Assembly: GCA_002269645.1 (NCBI GenBank)
Contig: NIVC01002741.1
Location: forward strand, 62,001-126,000
Source: Macrostomum lignano
Taxonomy: Eukaryota
Length of the DNA: 64,000 nucleotides
Direction: 5' to 3'
Positions within the stretch are counted from its first letter, which is position 1. Each line of letters begins with the position of its first letter. A model generated the notes under the pieces. It was not told the DNA's origin. It saw nothing but the letters and a program-made list of their open reading frames with translations, and searched no databases. A program made the translations under genes and the position numbers. This document shows positions 1 through 10,771 of this stretch, in pieces.

Positions 1-28
1 AGCTGAAATGGCTTTGATAAGTTTAGAA

Positions 29-137
29 GCCCAAGTTTGCAGGCGTAAACAGCTTGCTAATTGGTTTCAGCAATAATATCCATTATCCGCCCAAGTTTGC
101 AGGCGTAAACAGCTTGCTAATTGGTTTCAGCAATAAT
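29..137. repeat. Direct duplication of about 49 bp at 60-bp spacing
   Basis: gcccaagtttgcaggcgtaaacagcttgctaattggtttcagcaataat occurs at ~29-77 and ~89-137. Confidence 0.85.
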
Positions 138-1086
138 GTACATTAGCCAGTCCACTGAAATGTACATGGCAGCTTTTGGCTGGAATTCCGAGAAAGGCAA
201 TAAAAAATTGGGGCGGGGGCGGGTGGAGTGAAAAGGCGCGATTGGAGCTTATGCTGTGAGGTAAGACCAATGAGCCTTGGCTTTAAAAATATATACATTA
301 AAATGCTTGAGTTTAACTTACTACTGAACTGAAAGTAGTTTACACGCAAATGTGCTGAGTGGCCCATCTAGTTATTCCAGTGTCTGTGCCTGGCCCAACC
401 AGGGCGTGGTGAGGGAGGGAGCACAACAGCACGCTATTTTGCTCTCAGCCATTTTCCCAGCACCAGCCGGTCTGAGCAAGGTGCCAGTGGCACCTGAGGT
501 GGCGAAAGCCAAACTGCTTGATGCTGGACCACTTAGGGAAGGCATGGGAGAGGGGAGGCAGAAAAGATAGGGAAGGCAGAAGACAGAAGAGAGGAGAATC
601 GAAAATCGCCCGAAATCCGTCAATATGCGTTTAAGCAGGTTCTTTACGGCGGCTACCAACAAAGACTGAAAGCTGCAGGCGTCTTCGGCTGATTTGCAAT
701 CCGAGAAGAGTAAATAAGGCGCCATCTATCATGCCAAGATTAGCAGAAAGAAATGTTTGCCATGGCACCCCATCCCGCGAGACGATTTGTCACGTCGGAG
801 GTGCTAATATCGTCGTATTTTAATTGCAACTGCGTCAGCAGAGCGAGTCAGATCTGCAGTTGCTAGGAGAGCTGAGCAGGAAAATAGGCAGAAGCGATTG
901 GATTTGAGGGCAGAACAAAGGAAGAGAAAGCAGGATAAATGATAAAATTCCGACAGAAGCTGCAGATCACCTCACGCTTACCTGGCCTCCCAATCGCCCC
1001 AACCTCTCAGTCGGAGGAACACTGAGTTGAGACATCTGCAGACCGAAGGGACTCAATAAGTCAAATACAAAAGTCAAGTGGTCACG

Positions 1087-2120
1087 ATGTGCTCCACAGG
1101 TGTGCTCAAAGCGGCGATGGTGCTGATCGTAGCCCTCCATCCTCTCGCCGGAAACGTGCTAGCTGAGAGAACGTGGCGGCTGAGCCGAGACGGCCTGGCC
1201 GACTATGAGGCTGCTTCTTCGTTTCCGGCACTGAGCGACATCGACTGCATGGCAACTGCAGGCTCGAACCCCGCTGTGCAGCTGGTGACGTTCAGCGCCA
1301 GCTCCGGCCTGTGCGCTCACTTCAGGTGTCGCCTGGGCCTGAGCCACTGCAGGAAGTGCCGCAATGCGAACAAGGGAGCTCAGAAAGTGTGGGTGAGTCA
1401 CTCAGTTCGATATTTCAAGCGTTACGGTGGCTTTAACACAGAAAATAATAGCTGAAACACCTGCGTCCCCTTGCAGACATCCGGCAGTGACTGCTGGACC
1501 ACCGTGCAGCACAGGGTGTCCGGCTCAGTGGACTTTTACCGCAACTGGACTCAGTACCAGAGCGAGTTCGGCGAGGGACCCGACGGAAACTACTGGATCG
1601 GTGAGTGCATCCCAGATCTGCTCCATTCGCTTCCTTTTCCAACTCGGACTTCAATGACAAACACCGCCATGACGTCCGCATCTTCCCAGGCCTGAACTCT
1701 CTCCACGCTCTCACTGCTTCTGGTCCTCGGAAGCTGAGAATCCTGATGAAGGCGTGGAACGACTCTGAGCACTGGGCTGAGTACTCCAGCTTCTCCGTGG
1801 GTGCCGAGTCAGACAACTACCGGCTGAGCGTGTCCGGCTTCTCCGGCAGCGCCGGCATCGGCGACGCGATGTCTCCCCAGAGCGGCATGCAGTTCAGCAC
1901 CAAGGACGCCGATCACGATACGCATTTCGACGGGAGCGGAAGCTGCGCGACCACCTTCATTGGCGCCTGGTGGTTCTCCAGCTGCTTCGCCACCCACCCC
2001 AACGGACGGTACAGAGACTTATCTTCAGCCATTGGCGGCCCGTACGCTCAGGGTGTTATTTGGAAACATCCGTTCGGCCATTACTACTCACTGAAGGAGT
2101 TTGAAATGCTCGTTTTCTAA
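1087..2120 (+). CDS. Secreted fibrinogen-related protein (FReP; ficolin/angiopoietin-like FReD) with a Cys-containing PAN/apple-like N-terminal module, ~286 aa
   Basis: Exons 1087-1392, 1477-1600, 1690-2120; GT-AG introns, phases consistent, 861 nt. Hydrophobic N-terminus. FReD hallmarks [72 protein letters not shown]...NG.Y, GVIW. Confidence 0.9.
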
Positions 2121-3178
2121 TGGAGCAAAAGAATCGATGATGCAATACTAGAGAGTTCTTCAAGTGTTTTATTTGAATTGTTGCGGAACTATGCAATTGT
2201 TTAAACAAACGCCGTGTTTTGTTTGCTGGATGCCGAAGGTCAAAATTTGTTGTTTGAATTTTCCCATAGCGAGTTTATCGACCAGCAGCGGTTTTATTTG
2301 AGATCTCTTGAAAAAGTTGACAAATACAGAGTCGTTAACCCAGAACCACCTTTGAATCACGTGTTGCAGCAATCATTCCTGACAGCATGACAACATAAGT
2401 GACCGCGTACGAAGCAGTCGGCACTGAGCTGTCCTGCAGCCCACCAACTGCGTGAACGAGCCATCCTGCTTTAGTTAACAGCTGGGAGTTAAGTAGTTGA
2501 GCATAAGCAATGGAGCAGAAACAAAGTGAGAGGGTTACAGGAGTTATGATAAAGACTGTTCATTTTTCAAACATGCGCGCACTTTGTGTTGTGAAATGTT
2601 GGCAAATTCAAGGACCACTGTCAAGGACGTGAAACTCAAAGATCGGGTAATTTTTTAGAGGCCGATTTTCTGCATGAATTGCATGAATCTAAGCTAGTGA
2701 AGATTACCTATCTTTTAATATTGTTCGTTTTATGTTATGAGCCCGACTTTTTGTTTTATTTTCCATCTTGAAGTTAATGCCACTTGTGAGTATTTACAAC
2801 TGAAAATGAAAGAAAAGGTAATCTTCTCTATCCCAGATCAAATGCAATCATGGTCTATATGTGATGAAAAATACGATTTCTCCTATCACCACAGTGTATT
2901 TTTCCGGAAAATTGGCCTCCAAAAACTATCCAATCTTTGACACTTACATCCTGCTATACATGTACTACAGTAGTCATTGGGTGCGTGGTGCGCGCACAGC
3001 CTACTGATAAGTGAGTAGCAAAGCTTGCTTGCAGACTTGTCAGTAGTAAAATTCGCTTGACAAGTAAACACGCGATACAACACTGGCAAACAGAATGAAC
3101 TGATAGATTTATGCATATTCATTAAAAGTGCAAAAGGAACACAGAGTGGAGTACAGCCCAGAGGTGCGCTGTCAGAGG

Positions 3179-3409
3179 CTACCAGCGGTAAACTCGATAA
3201 CTTGCCGGACCCGGCTTCCCAGGTGCCTTGGCCTCGGGCCCGAGGTCCATGTCCTCCTCGGCCATGGCCTCCTCCGGCTGCTGCTGGCCGGCCTCGGGCA
3301 GCGGCGCCGCGTCCTCCAGCTGGTCGGGCGCCCAGACGTCGGCCAGCGACAGGTCCGCCAGCAGAAACGCGGCGACGGCGGCGGTGCACAGGTACCAAGC
3401 GAGCTTCAT
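3179..3409 (-). CDS. Intronless secreted prepropeptide A, 76 aa (signal + acidic pro-region + cationic Pro-rich tail)
   Basis: ATG-initiated ORF with a signal-peptide-like N-terminus. Clear paralog at 4821-5054 (shared VWAPDQ, AAPLP, EED.D.GPEAK.PG.P.P). TATAAAG ~50 nt upstream. Confidence 0.8.
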   Translation of the reverse strand: MKLAWYLCTAAVAAFLLADLSLADVWAPDQLEDAAPLPEAGQQQPEEAMAEEDMDLGPEAKAPGKPGPASYRVYRW

Positions 3410-3457
3410 GCTGAGATCTGAGCTGGGAGCTGCGAGCTGCAGCCTCGCGCACCTGAA

Positions 3458-3464
3458 CTTTATA
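3458..3464 (-). promoter_or_regulatory. Candidate TATA box of peptide gene A
   Basis: TATAAAG on the minus strand, ~50 nt upstream of the ATG at 3409. Confidence 0.5.
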
Positions 3465-4029
3465 GAAGCGCAAATTTTTTTTCATTCACCTCACGTGGCT
3501 GAAAACGAGCGCGAAGCCGGGGACTGCTGGTTGTAAACACTTGGACGGGCAATTCATGTGGCTGAGACGAAGCATTGGCGGTCTCCAGTCCAGGTCAGCT
3601 GACTAGACGTCTTTGCTTATCGCACAATGACTTCTTAAGCCTCGAGGCAAGAATTGCTGCATTGTGCCTGGCTTTGGTGGGCGCGTCTTTTGAGCGGCAC
3701 GATGGGACTCGCTTCAATTGAAGATGGAGGCTTTGGAGGCTGTAAACAGCGACCCCAGGCACCTGGCGGCAGCGGGGCAAAACACGTGAGTTCAGGCACA
3801 GTAGTGCGCTCGCATTGCTGCGGTCTTAAAGTATTTGCAAAATGCAACTGAGTTTTCTCGGTTCGAAAAAAAATTTCAGCAGTAAACACAACAGCTGCGA
3901 CACAGAGAATAATGAGGGTCAGCACAAGCGGAGAGAGGAGGGAGGTAGATAGCGAGAGATGGAAGTGGGGAGGTTGAGATGGAAAGGTAACAGGAGAGTT
4001 AAGAGGGGAGAGGCAGAGCGGAGGCACAG

Positions 4030-4690
4030 GGAGGCATAAGGGGGGCAGAGGGAGGCAAGGGAGGCAGTGGGAGGCAGATGGAAACATAAAGGAGGCAGAA
4101 GGATGGCAGTGGGAGGCAGATGGAGGTAGAGGGGGGGCAGCAGAGGGAAAGAGAAGGAGGTAGAGGGGGGGGGCAGCAGAGGGAAACAGGAGGTAGAGGG
4201 GCAGCAGAGGGAAACAGAAGGAGGTAGGGGGGGGGGGTAAAGGGAAACAGGAGGTATAGGGGGGTAGAGGGAAACAGAAGGAGATAGAGGGGGGCAGCAG
4301 AGGGAAACAGAAGGAGGTAGAGGGGGGCAGCAGAGGGAAACAGAAGGAGGTAGAGGGGGGTAGAGGGAAACAGGAGATAGAGGGGGCAGCAGAGGGAAAC
4401 AGGAAGTAGAGGGGGCAGCAGAGGGAAACAGAAGGAGGTAGAGGGGGTAGAGGGAAACAGGAGATAGAGGGGGGCAGCAGAGGGAAACAGGAAGTAGAGG
4501 GGGGCAGCAGAGGGAAACAGAAGGAGGTAGAGGGGGGTAGAGGGAAACAGGAGGTAGAGGGGGGTAGAGGGAAACAGGAGGTAGAGGGGGGTAGAGGGAA
4601 ACAGGAGGTAGAGGGGGGTAGAGGGAAACAGGAGGTAGAGGGGGGGGGGCAGCAGAGGGAAACAAGAGGCAGAGTGGGAGGGGCAGCGGG
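4030..4690. repeat. Purine-rich minisatellite between the two peptide genes
   Basis: Variable ~20-33 bp units built from GGAGGTAGAGGGGG, CAGCAG and AGGGAAACA. Confidence 0.9.
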
Positions 4691-4770
4691 AGGTAGAAGA
4701 AACAAAGACCTGGTGGAAAAAGCTTTAATCAACTGTTTGGCTAGTCAGCAACAGTATATATATTTATGTA

Positions 4771-4776
4771 TTTATT
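4771..4776 (-). promoter_or_regulatory. Candidate polyadenylation signal of peptide gene B
   Basis: AATAAA on the minus strand, ~45 nt downstream of the TGA at 4821-4823. Confidence 0.5.
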
Positions 4777-4820
4777 AGTCAAAGCTTAAGCGGCAGTTCA
4801 CCGTTGCAAAAGAAAGTCGA

Positions 4821-5054
4821 TCAGTTAATATAACGGTTTCGATACACTGGAGGAGGCCGCCCGGGAAACTTGGCCTCAGGTCCAGCATCTTCGAGGTCTT
4901 CCTCATCTGGAGTCCAGTCTCCTGCCACCGGCTGGTCATCAGGCAGTGGCGCAGCGCCGTCTGCGAGCTCCTGGTCGGGCGCCCAGACCTCGGCCAGAGC
5001 CGGACTTGACAGAAGCTGCAGCAGCAGCAGGGCGGCAGCGAGTCGCCAGTTCAT
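4821..5054 (-). CDS. Intronless secreted prepropeptide B, 77 aa (paralog of A)
   Basis: The likely start is the internal ATG at 5054 (MNWRLAAALLLLQLLSSPALA), not 5453. Acidic pro-region, then KFPGRPPPVYRNRYIN. Aligns with gene A. Confidence 0.8.
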   Translation of the reverse strand: MNWRLAAALLLLQLLSSPALAEVWAPDQELADGAAPLPDDQPVAGDWTPDEEDLEDAGPEAKFPGRPPPVYRNRYIN

Positions 5055-6144
5055 CTGTCTCAGAGTTTCTCCGCAGACAGTTTTATTCCCAGCTGTACTT
5101 GCCACAGACTGACTCAGTGCTTGAGTGAGTTGAGTGAGCAGAGGGTCGCCATAGGCATATTTGAAAGCGTGAGCTTTTAAATGAGCTTTGATACTCGTAT
5201 TCTCGTAATTGGCTCGGAGCGAAGATACACAACTGGCTTGAGTACAATAGCAGAATGAGGTCCAGCAGAGCAGAGCTAAACTAGCCGTTAATGACAGAAC
5301 GACTTTCGATTGACTCGTGTGATCAAGCTCAACAAATTGTCTAGGAGTCCGGAACTTGGCCTTTTGGCTCGTAACTTGTAAAGTTGTAGGGCTTGCGTGC
5401 TTTATAGACGATTGCAACTTGTAGTGACTACTATAGTGATAAGAGACAGCCATTAACTAGATTTTGCATCAACAGGAGAGTTGATCAGTAACACTAGAAA
5501 GTTGTTATCGATACATATCGGAGACTACCTGAACCAGCTCAGCCGTCAGAGGTCTCCAATTATTGGGAAAGTTAAGAGAGCTCAGAGATAAGCTGTATAA
5601 AGGAAGCAGCCAGGATATTTTCTATTGCACAGCTAACCAGAATCAAATTAGCACAGCTGGTACACAATTAAATTTCACTAATAATTATATTAGTCAAATT
5701 TTTGCAATTAACAAAGACTAGAATTGAAACAGGATAAGCACGAATAACAGGCTGTGTATTATTCAAGGTCAAGGCGGGCATGTAAATAAATTGCAAATTG
5801 ATCTCAATAAATTACAAAATTCTACCAGTCAGTAATCATACTACTGAATAGGGGAAATGAGTAGTCAAACGAATTCGCAACCGAAATTTATAAATTTTGA
5901 ACATTTTTTGTACAAATTTGCAATGCCAGTCAAGCAGTTGTGACCAGATCTGACAGTAATAAGGGCAATAAATCACTGAGATTCAATCCCGTTTATCATG
6001 CACTCTCTACGAAGTTTAATTTGCTACATATCGGCAAAATAGATTAATATTATTTTTAGAGAATCTAGGGAATGATAAGGTTTGGAATCTAGCTGAAGAC
6101 TGAGTGAAGAGTAATAATGTTATGGGACGGGGAAGCTTAGATTG

Positions 6145-6450
6145 AAGCTGGGTGATGATGATTGGGGATGATGATGCTTGTGATGCTTCATCATCTCCCA
6201 GTGATGAAACTGGGAGATGATGAAGCTGGGAGATGATTAAGCTTGGGGACGATGAAGCTGGGTGATGATGCTCGGGGATGAAGCTGGGTGATGATGCTTG
6301 GGGACGATGAAGCTGTGTGATGATGCTTGGGGATGATGAAGCTGGGTGATGATGCTCGGGGACGATGAAGCTGTGTGATGATGAAGCTGGGTGATGAAGC
6401 TTGGGGATAATGAAGCTTGGGGGTGATGAAACTGGGAGATGGTGAAGCTG
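6145..6450. repeat. GATGATGAAGCTGGGT-type degenerate tandem array
   Basis: Repeated gatgatgaagctgggt/gatgatgcttgggg units downstream of VPS37. Confidence 0.85.
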
Positions 6451-6569
6451 GAACGCGAAATAAAGATAATGTGAGTCACAATTAAACGAAGAACGCCAGC
6501 CAGCAACGGACAGGCTGCAACAAAGCAGTTTAGGGGCAAATGTCTACCAAAATCGCAACCCCCAAGTTC

Positions 6570-8297
6570 TCAGTGAGTCTCCTTGGCCAGCCAGTCCACC
6601 TTGGCCCGGCGCAGGTGATACAGCTGCCTGGCCTCTGAGTACTGCCGGACAAAGCCGGCCATGTCCAGGCCGCCAGTGGCCAGAGCCTCGGCCAACGACT
6701 CTGCCTGCTCGTCCGCCTCCATGCAGGCGGCCTCCAGCAGGGTGAGCAGTGTGTCCGGGCTGGCCGCCGAGTTCAGAGACTCCAGCCGGCTGCGCGTTTC
6801 TAAGAAAACGGCGCGCTGAGCGTCGGCCTCGTCCGACAGCGCGGCCAGGCGGCGCCGGCTCTCCTCGATGCGCGGCCCCAGGGCGAAATTCAGCTCGGCC
6901 ATCTGCCGGTTGGCCGCCATGGCTGCCTGCTTGGCCTGGCCGAGTTGCTGCAACTGCGGGGGCGGCCGGGGTCTCAGTGAGATCTCTGGCTGAGACTCGC
7001 TAGGTGAGAGTCTAGGGAGTCTGGGCGAGAGTCTGGGTGAGTCTGCGTGAGTCTGGGTGAGTTTGCGTGAGAGTCTGGGCGAGAGTCAAGGTTAGTCTGG
7101 GTGAGAGTCAAGGTGTCTGAATGAGAGTTTAGGTGAGAGTCTGGGTGAGTCTAGGTGAGTCTGGGTGAGTCTAGGTGAGAGTCTGGGTGAGTCTAGGTGA
7201 GAGTCTAGGTGAGTCTAGGTGAGTCTAGGTGAGAGTCTAATTAAGTATAGGTGAGAGGCTAGGTGAGAGTCTATGTAAGTATAGGTGAGAGGCTAGGTGA
7301 GAGTCTAGGTGAGTCTGGGTGAGTCAAGGTGAGAGTCTAGGTGAGAGTCTAGGTGAGTCTAGGTGAGTCTAGGTGAGAGTCTATGTAAGTATAGGTGAGA
7401 GGCTAGGTGAGAGTCTAGGTGAGAGTCTAGGTGAGTCTAGGTGAGAGTCTATGTAAGTATAGGTGAAAGTCTAGGTGAGAGTCTAGGTGAGTCTGGGTGA
7501 GTCAAGGTGAGAGTCTAGGTGAGTCTAGGTGAGTCTAGGTGAGAGTCTAGGTAAGTATAGGTGAGAGTCTAGGTGAGAGTCTAGGTGAGTCTGGGTGAGT
7601 CTAGGTGAGAGTCTGGGTGAGTCTAGGTGAGAGTCTGGGTGAGTCTAGGTGAGTCTGGTACTCTGGGTGAGAGTCTGGGTGAGTCTGGGTGAGAGTCTGG
7701 GTAAGTCTAGGTGAGAGTCTGGGTGAGTCTAGGTGAGAGTCTGGGTGAGTCTGGGTGAGTCTGGGTGAGAGTCTGGGTGAGTCTAGGTGAGAGTCTGGGT
7801 GAGTCTGGGTGAGAGTCTGGGTAAGTCTAGGTGAGAGTCTGGGTGAGTCTAGGTGAGAGTCTGGGTGAGTCTGGGTGAGTCTGGGTGAGTCTAGGTGAGA
7901 GTCTGGGTGAGTCTAGGTGAGAGTCTGGGTGAGTCTGGGTGAGTCTGGGTGAGAGTCTGGGTGAGTCTAGGTGAGAGTCTGGGTGAGAGTCTGGGTACAT
8001 GTAAGTCTAGGTGAGTCTGGGTGAGTCTAGGTGAATCTATGTGAGTCTGTGAGTCTATGTGAGTCTGGGCGGAGAATTCGGGGCTCTCACCTCGCCGCTA
8101 CCGGAGGTCATCTCGGCCACCTTGTCATCCGAGTCCAGCAGCTTCTGCAGCTCCTCCTTGTCCATGCGCTTCAGCTGAGCCAGGAGGCTGTCGAGGCCGC
8201 TGCCACCGCCGCAAGCAACGGCGCCAACTTCGTAGGCAGGCGGCGGCTGCTGCTGGGACTGGGGCTGACCACCGTACAGACTGTAGTTCGGGTACAT
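6570..8297 (-). CDS. VPS37: ESCRT-I subunit VPS37-like (Mod(r) domain), ~196 aa
   Basis: Exons 8297-8091 and 6953-6570 (phase 0, GTGAG/ccgcAG). C-terminal LLTLLEAACMEADEQAESLAE..FVRQYSEARQLYHLRRAK matches the Mod(r) pattern; LDSDDKV..LQQL..AANRQMAELN matches the VPS37 N-terminal helices. Confidence 0.85.
6990..8070. repeat. 10/12-bp minisatellite filling the VPS37 intron
   Basis: GAGTCT(A/G)GGT(GA) units. Confidence 0.95.
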
Positions 8298-8354
8298 GGC
8301 TGCGGGCTGGGTGCCGGAGTGGCTGCTGGTGCTGACAGATGTGTCTCTCCAAGG

Positions 8355-9232
8355 ACTGCATCTCCAGGGTGCTGACCCACTGAATCTCCGGAGTGCTGAC
8401 CCACTGCATCTCCAGGGTGCTGACCCACTGCATCTCCAGGGTGCTGACCTACTGCATATCCAGGGTGCTGACCCACTGCATCTCCAGGGTGCTGACCCAC
8501 TGAATCTCCGGAGTGCTGACCCACTGCATCTCCAGGGTGCTGACCCACTGCATCTCCAGGGTGCTGACCCACTGCATCTCCAGGGTGCTGACCTACTGCA
8601 TATCCAGGGTGCTGACCCACTGCATCTCCAGGGTGCTGACCCACTGCATCTCCAGGGTGCTGACCTACTGCATATCCAGGGTGCTGACCCACTGAATCTC
8701 CAGGGTGCTGACCCACTGCATATCCAGGGTGCTGACCCACTGCATCTCCAGGGTGCTGGCCCACCAAATCTCTAGGGTGCTGACCCACTGCATATCCAGG
8801 GTGCTGACCTACTGCATCTCCAGGGTGCTGACCTACTGCATCTCCAGGGTGCTGGCCCACCAAATCTCCAGGGTGCTGACCCACTGCATAGTCAGGGTGC
8901 TGACCTACTGAATCTCCAGGGTGCTGACCTACTGCATATCCAGGGTGCTGACCCACTGCATATCCAGGGTGCTGACCTACTGCATCTCCAGGGTGCTGGC
9001 CCACCAAATCTCTAGGGTGCTGACCCACTGCATATCCAGGGTGCTGACCTACTGCATATCCAGGGTGCTGACCTACTGAATCTCCAGGGTGCTGACCCAC
9101 TGCATCTCGAGGGTGCTGGCCCACCAAATCTCTAGGGTGCTGACCTACTGCATATCCAGGGTGCTGACCCACTGCATCTCCAGGGTGCTGGCCCACCAAA
9201 TCTCTAGGGTGCTGACCTACTGCATCTCTAAG
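8355..9232. repeat. 24-bp minisatellite upstream of VPS37
   Basis: ctccagggtgctgacccactgcat, ~36 copies. Confidence 0.95.
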
Positions 9233-9644
9233 GGAGTCAATTAGTAAAATAGCCGAACGAAAATGGGAGTGAAAATTGAATCAAAAGCGGTAATTATCGA
9301 TGAAGATTGACAAATACGAAAAAAATTGCATGGCAGCTACGAGAGTCCCGCGGCTGAGTGGAATGGGCAGAACGGTGAAATTCCAAAAACTTTATTAATT
9401 TATAATACGAGAGCGTCAAAAATTTGAATTGCCACACTACTAATAAGTAGTATTTTAATTACAGAAAAGAAAGCATGATTTTTTGATGACAAAAACTGGG
9501 CACCTGAATTTTCTACGACATGATTTCAAGCAATTATTAATATTTTTAGCATATAGATTTATTGATTAAATCTCGGGTCCGTCAGCGCTCGAACCCATAG
9601 GACGACCTACACTCAGTTTGGCACAAACGGACCCAAATAATATT

Positions 9645-10650
9645 GGGGATGATTTGGGAGGTTGCGACGATTCGAAAAGTTTCGCGGATTTAAGGAGTTT
9701 TTGGGATTTGGGAAGTTTTGTGGATTTGGGAGGTTTTTGGGATTTGGGAAGTTTTGGGGATTGGGGAGTTTTGGGGGATTGGGGAGTTTTGGGGGATTGG
9801 GGAGTTTTAGGGGATTGGGGAGTTTTGGGGGATTGGGGAGTTTTAGGGGATTGGGGAGTTTTAGGGGATTTGGAAGTTTTGGGGGATTGGGGAGTTTTAG
9901 GGGATTTGGAAGTTTTGGGGGATTGGGGAGTTTTAGGGGATTTGGAAGTTTTGGGGGATTGGGGAGTTTTGGGGGATTTTAAGAAGTTTTGTGGATTTGG
10001 GAAGTTTTGGGGGATCGGGGAGTTTTGGGGGATTTTAAGAAGTTTTGTGGATTTGGGAAGTTTTGGGGGATTGGGGAGTTTTGGGGGATTGGGGAGTTTT
10101 AGGGGATTTGGAAGTTTTGGGGGATTGGGGAGTTTTAGGGGATTTGGAAGTTTTAGGGGATTGGGGAGTTTTAGGGGATTTGGAAGTTTTAGGGGATTGG
10201 GGAGTTTTAGGGGATTGGGGAGTTTTAGGGGATTTGGAAGTTTTGGGGGATTGGGGAGTTTTAGGGGATTTGGAAGTTTTGGGGGATTGGGGAGTTTTGG
10301 GGGATTTTAAGAAGTTTTGTGGATTTGGGAAGTTTTGGGGATTGGGGAGTTTTGGGGGATCGGGGAGTTTTGGGGGATTTTAAGAAGTTTTGTGGATTTG
10401 GGGAGTTTTGGGGGATTGGGGAGTTTTGGGGGATTGGGGAGTTTTAGGGGATTTGGAAGTTTTGGGGGATTGGGGAGTTTTAGGGGATTTGGAAGTTTTA
10501 GGGGATTGGGGAGTTTTAGGGGATTTGGAAGTTTTAGGGGATTGGGGAGTTTTAGGGGATTTGGAAGTTTTAGGGGATTGGGGAGTTTTAGGGGATTTGG
10601 AAGTTTTAGGGGATTGGGGAGTTTTAGGGGATTTGGAAGTTTAGGGGCAT
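9645..10650. repeat. 18-bp G-rich minisatellite (G-quadruplex-prone)
   Basis: Alternating ggggattggggagtttt(a/g) and ggggatttggaagtttt(a/g) units. Confidence 0.95.
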
Positions 10651-10771
10651 TTTGGAAATCATAGGATTATGAAAGCAACCTTTAATAACAAAGAAAATAG
10701 GCAAACGGCGAGAGCAACTATTTCCGCACTTTGTACACAAAGTGCCTCGTCATCTGAACAGTGCTGCCAGA

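Noticed and set aside
372-725. 117 aa minus-strand ORF
   Set aside because: No recognisable domain, mixed composition, no supported splice partners.
4821-5453. 210 aa long form of peptide gene B
   Set aside because: The upstream 133 aa are not conserved in paralog A, and the signal peptide begins at the internal Met (5054).
9570-9630. Minus-strand B-box-like GGTTCGAG motif (possible tRNA)
   Set aside because: No cloverleaf or A-box support; possibly a SINE remnant.
9618-10664. Gly/Phe-rich (GFGSFGGL) ORFs resembling glycine-rich structural or antimicrobial proteins
   Set aside because: Simple 18-bp array with frameshifts between blocks, several frames open, no signal peptide.
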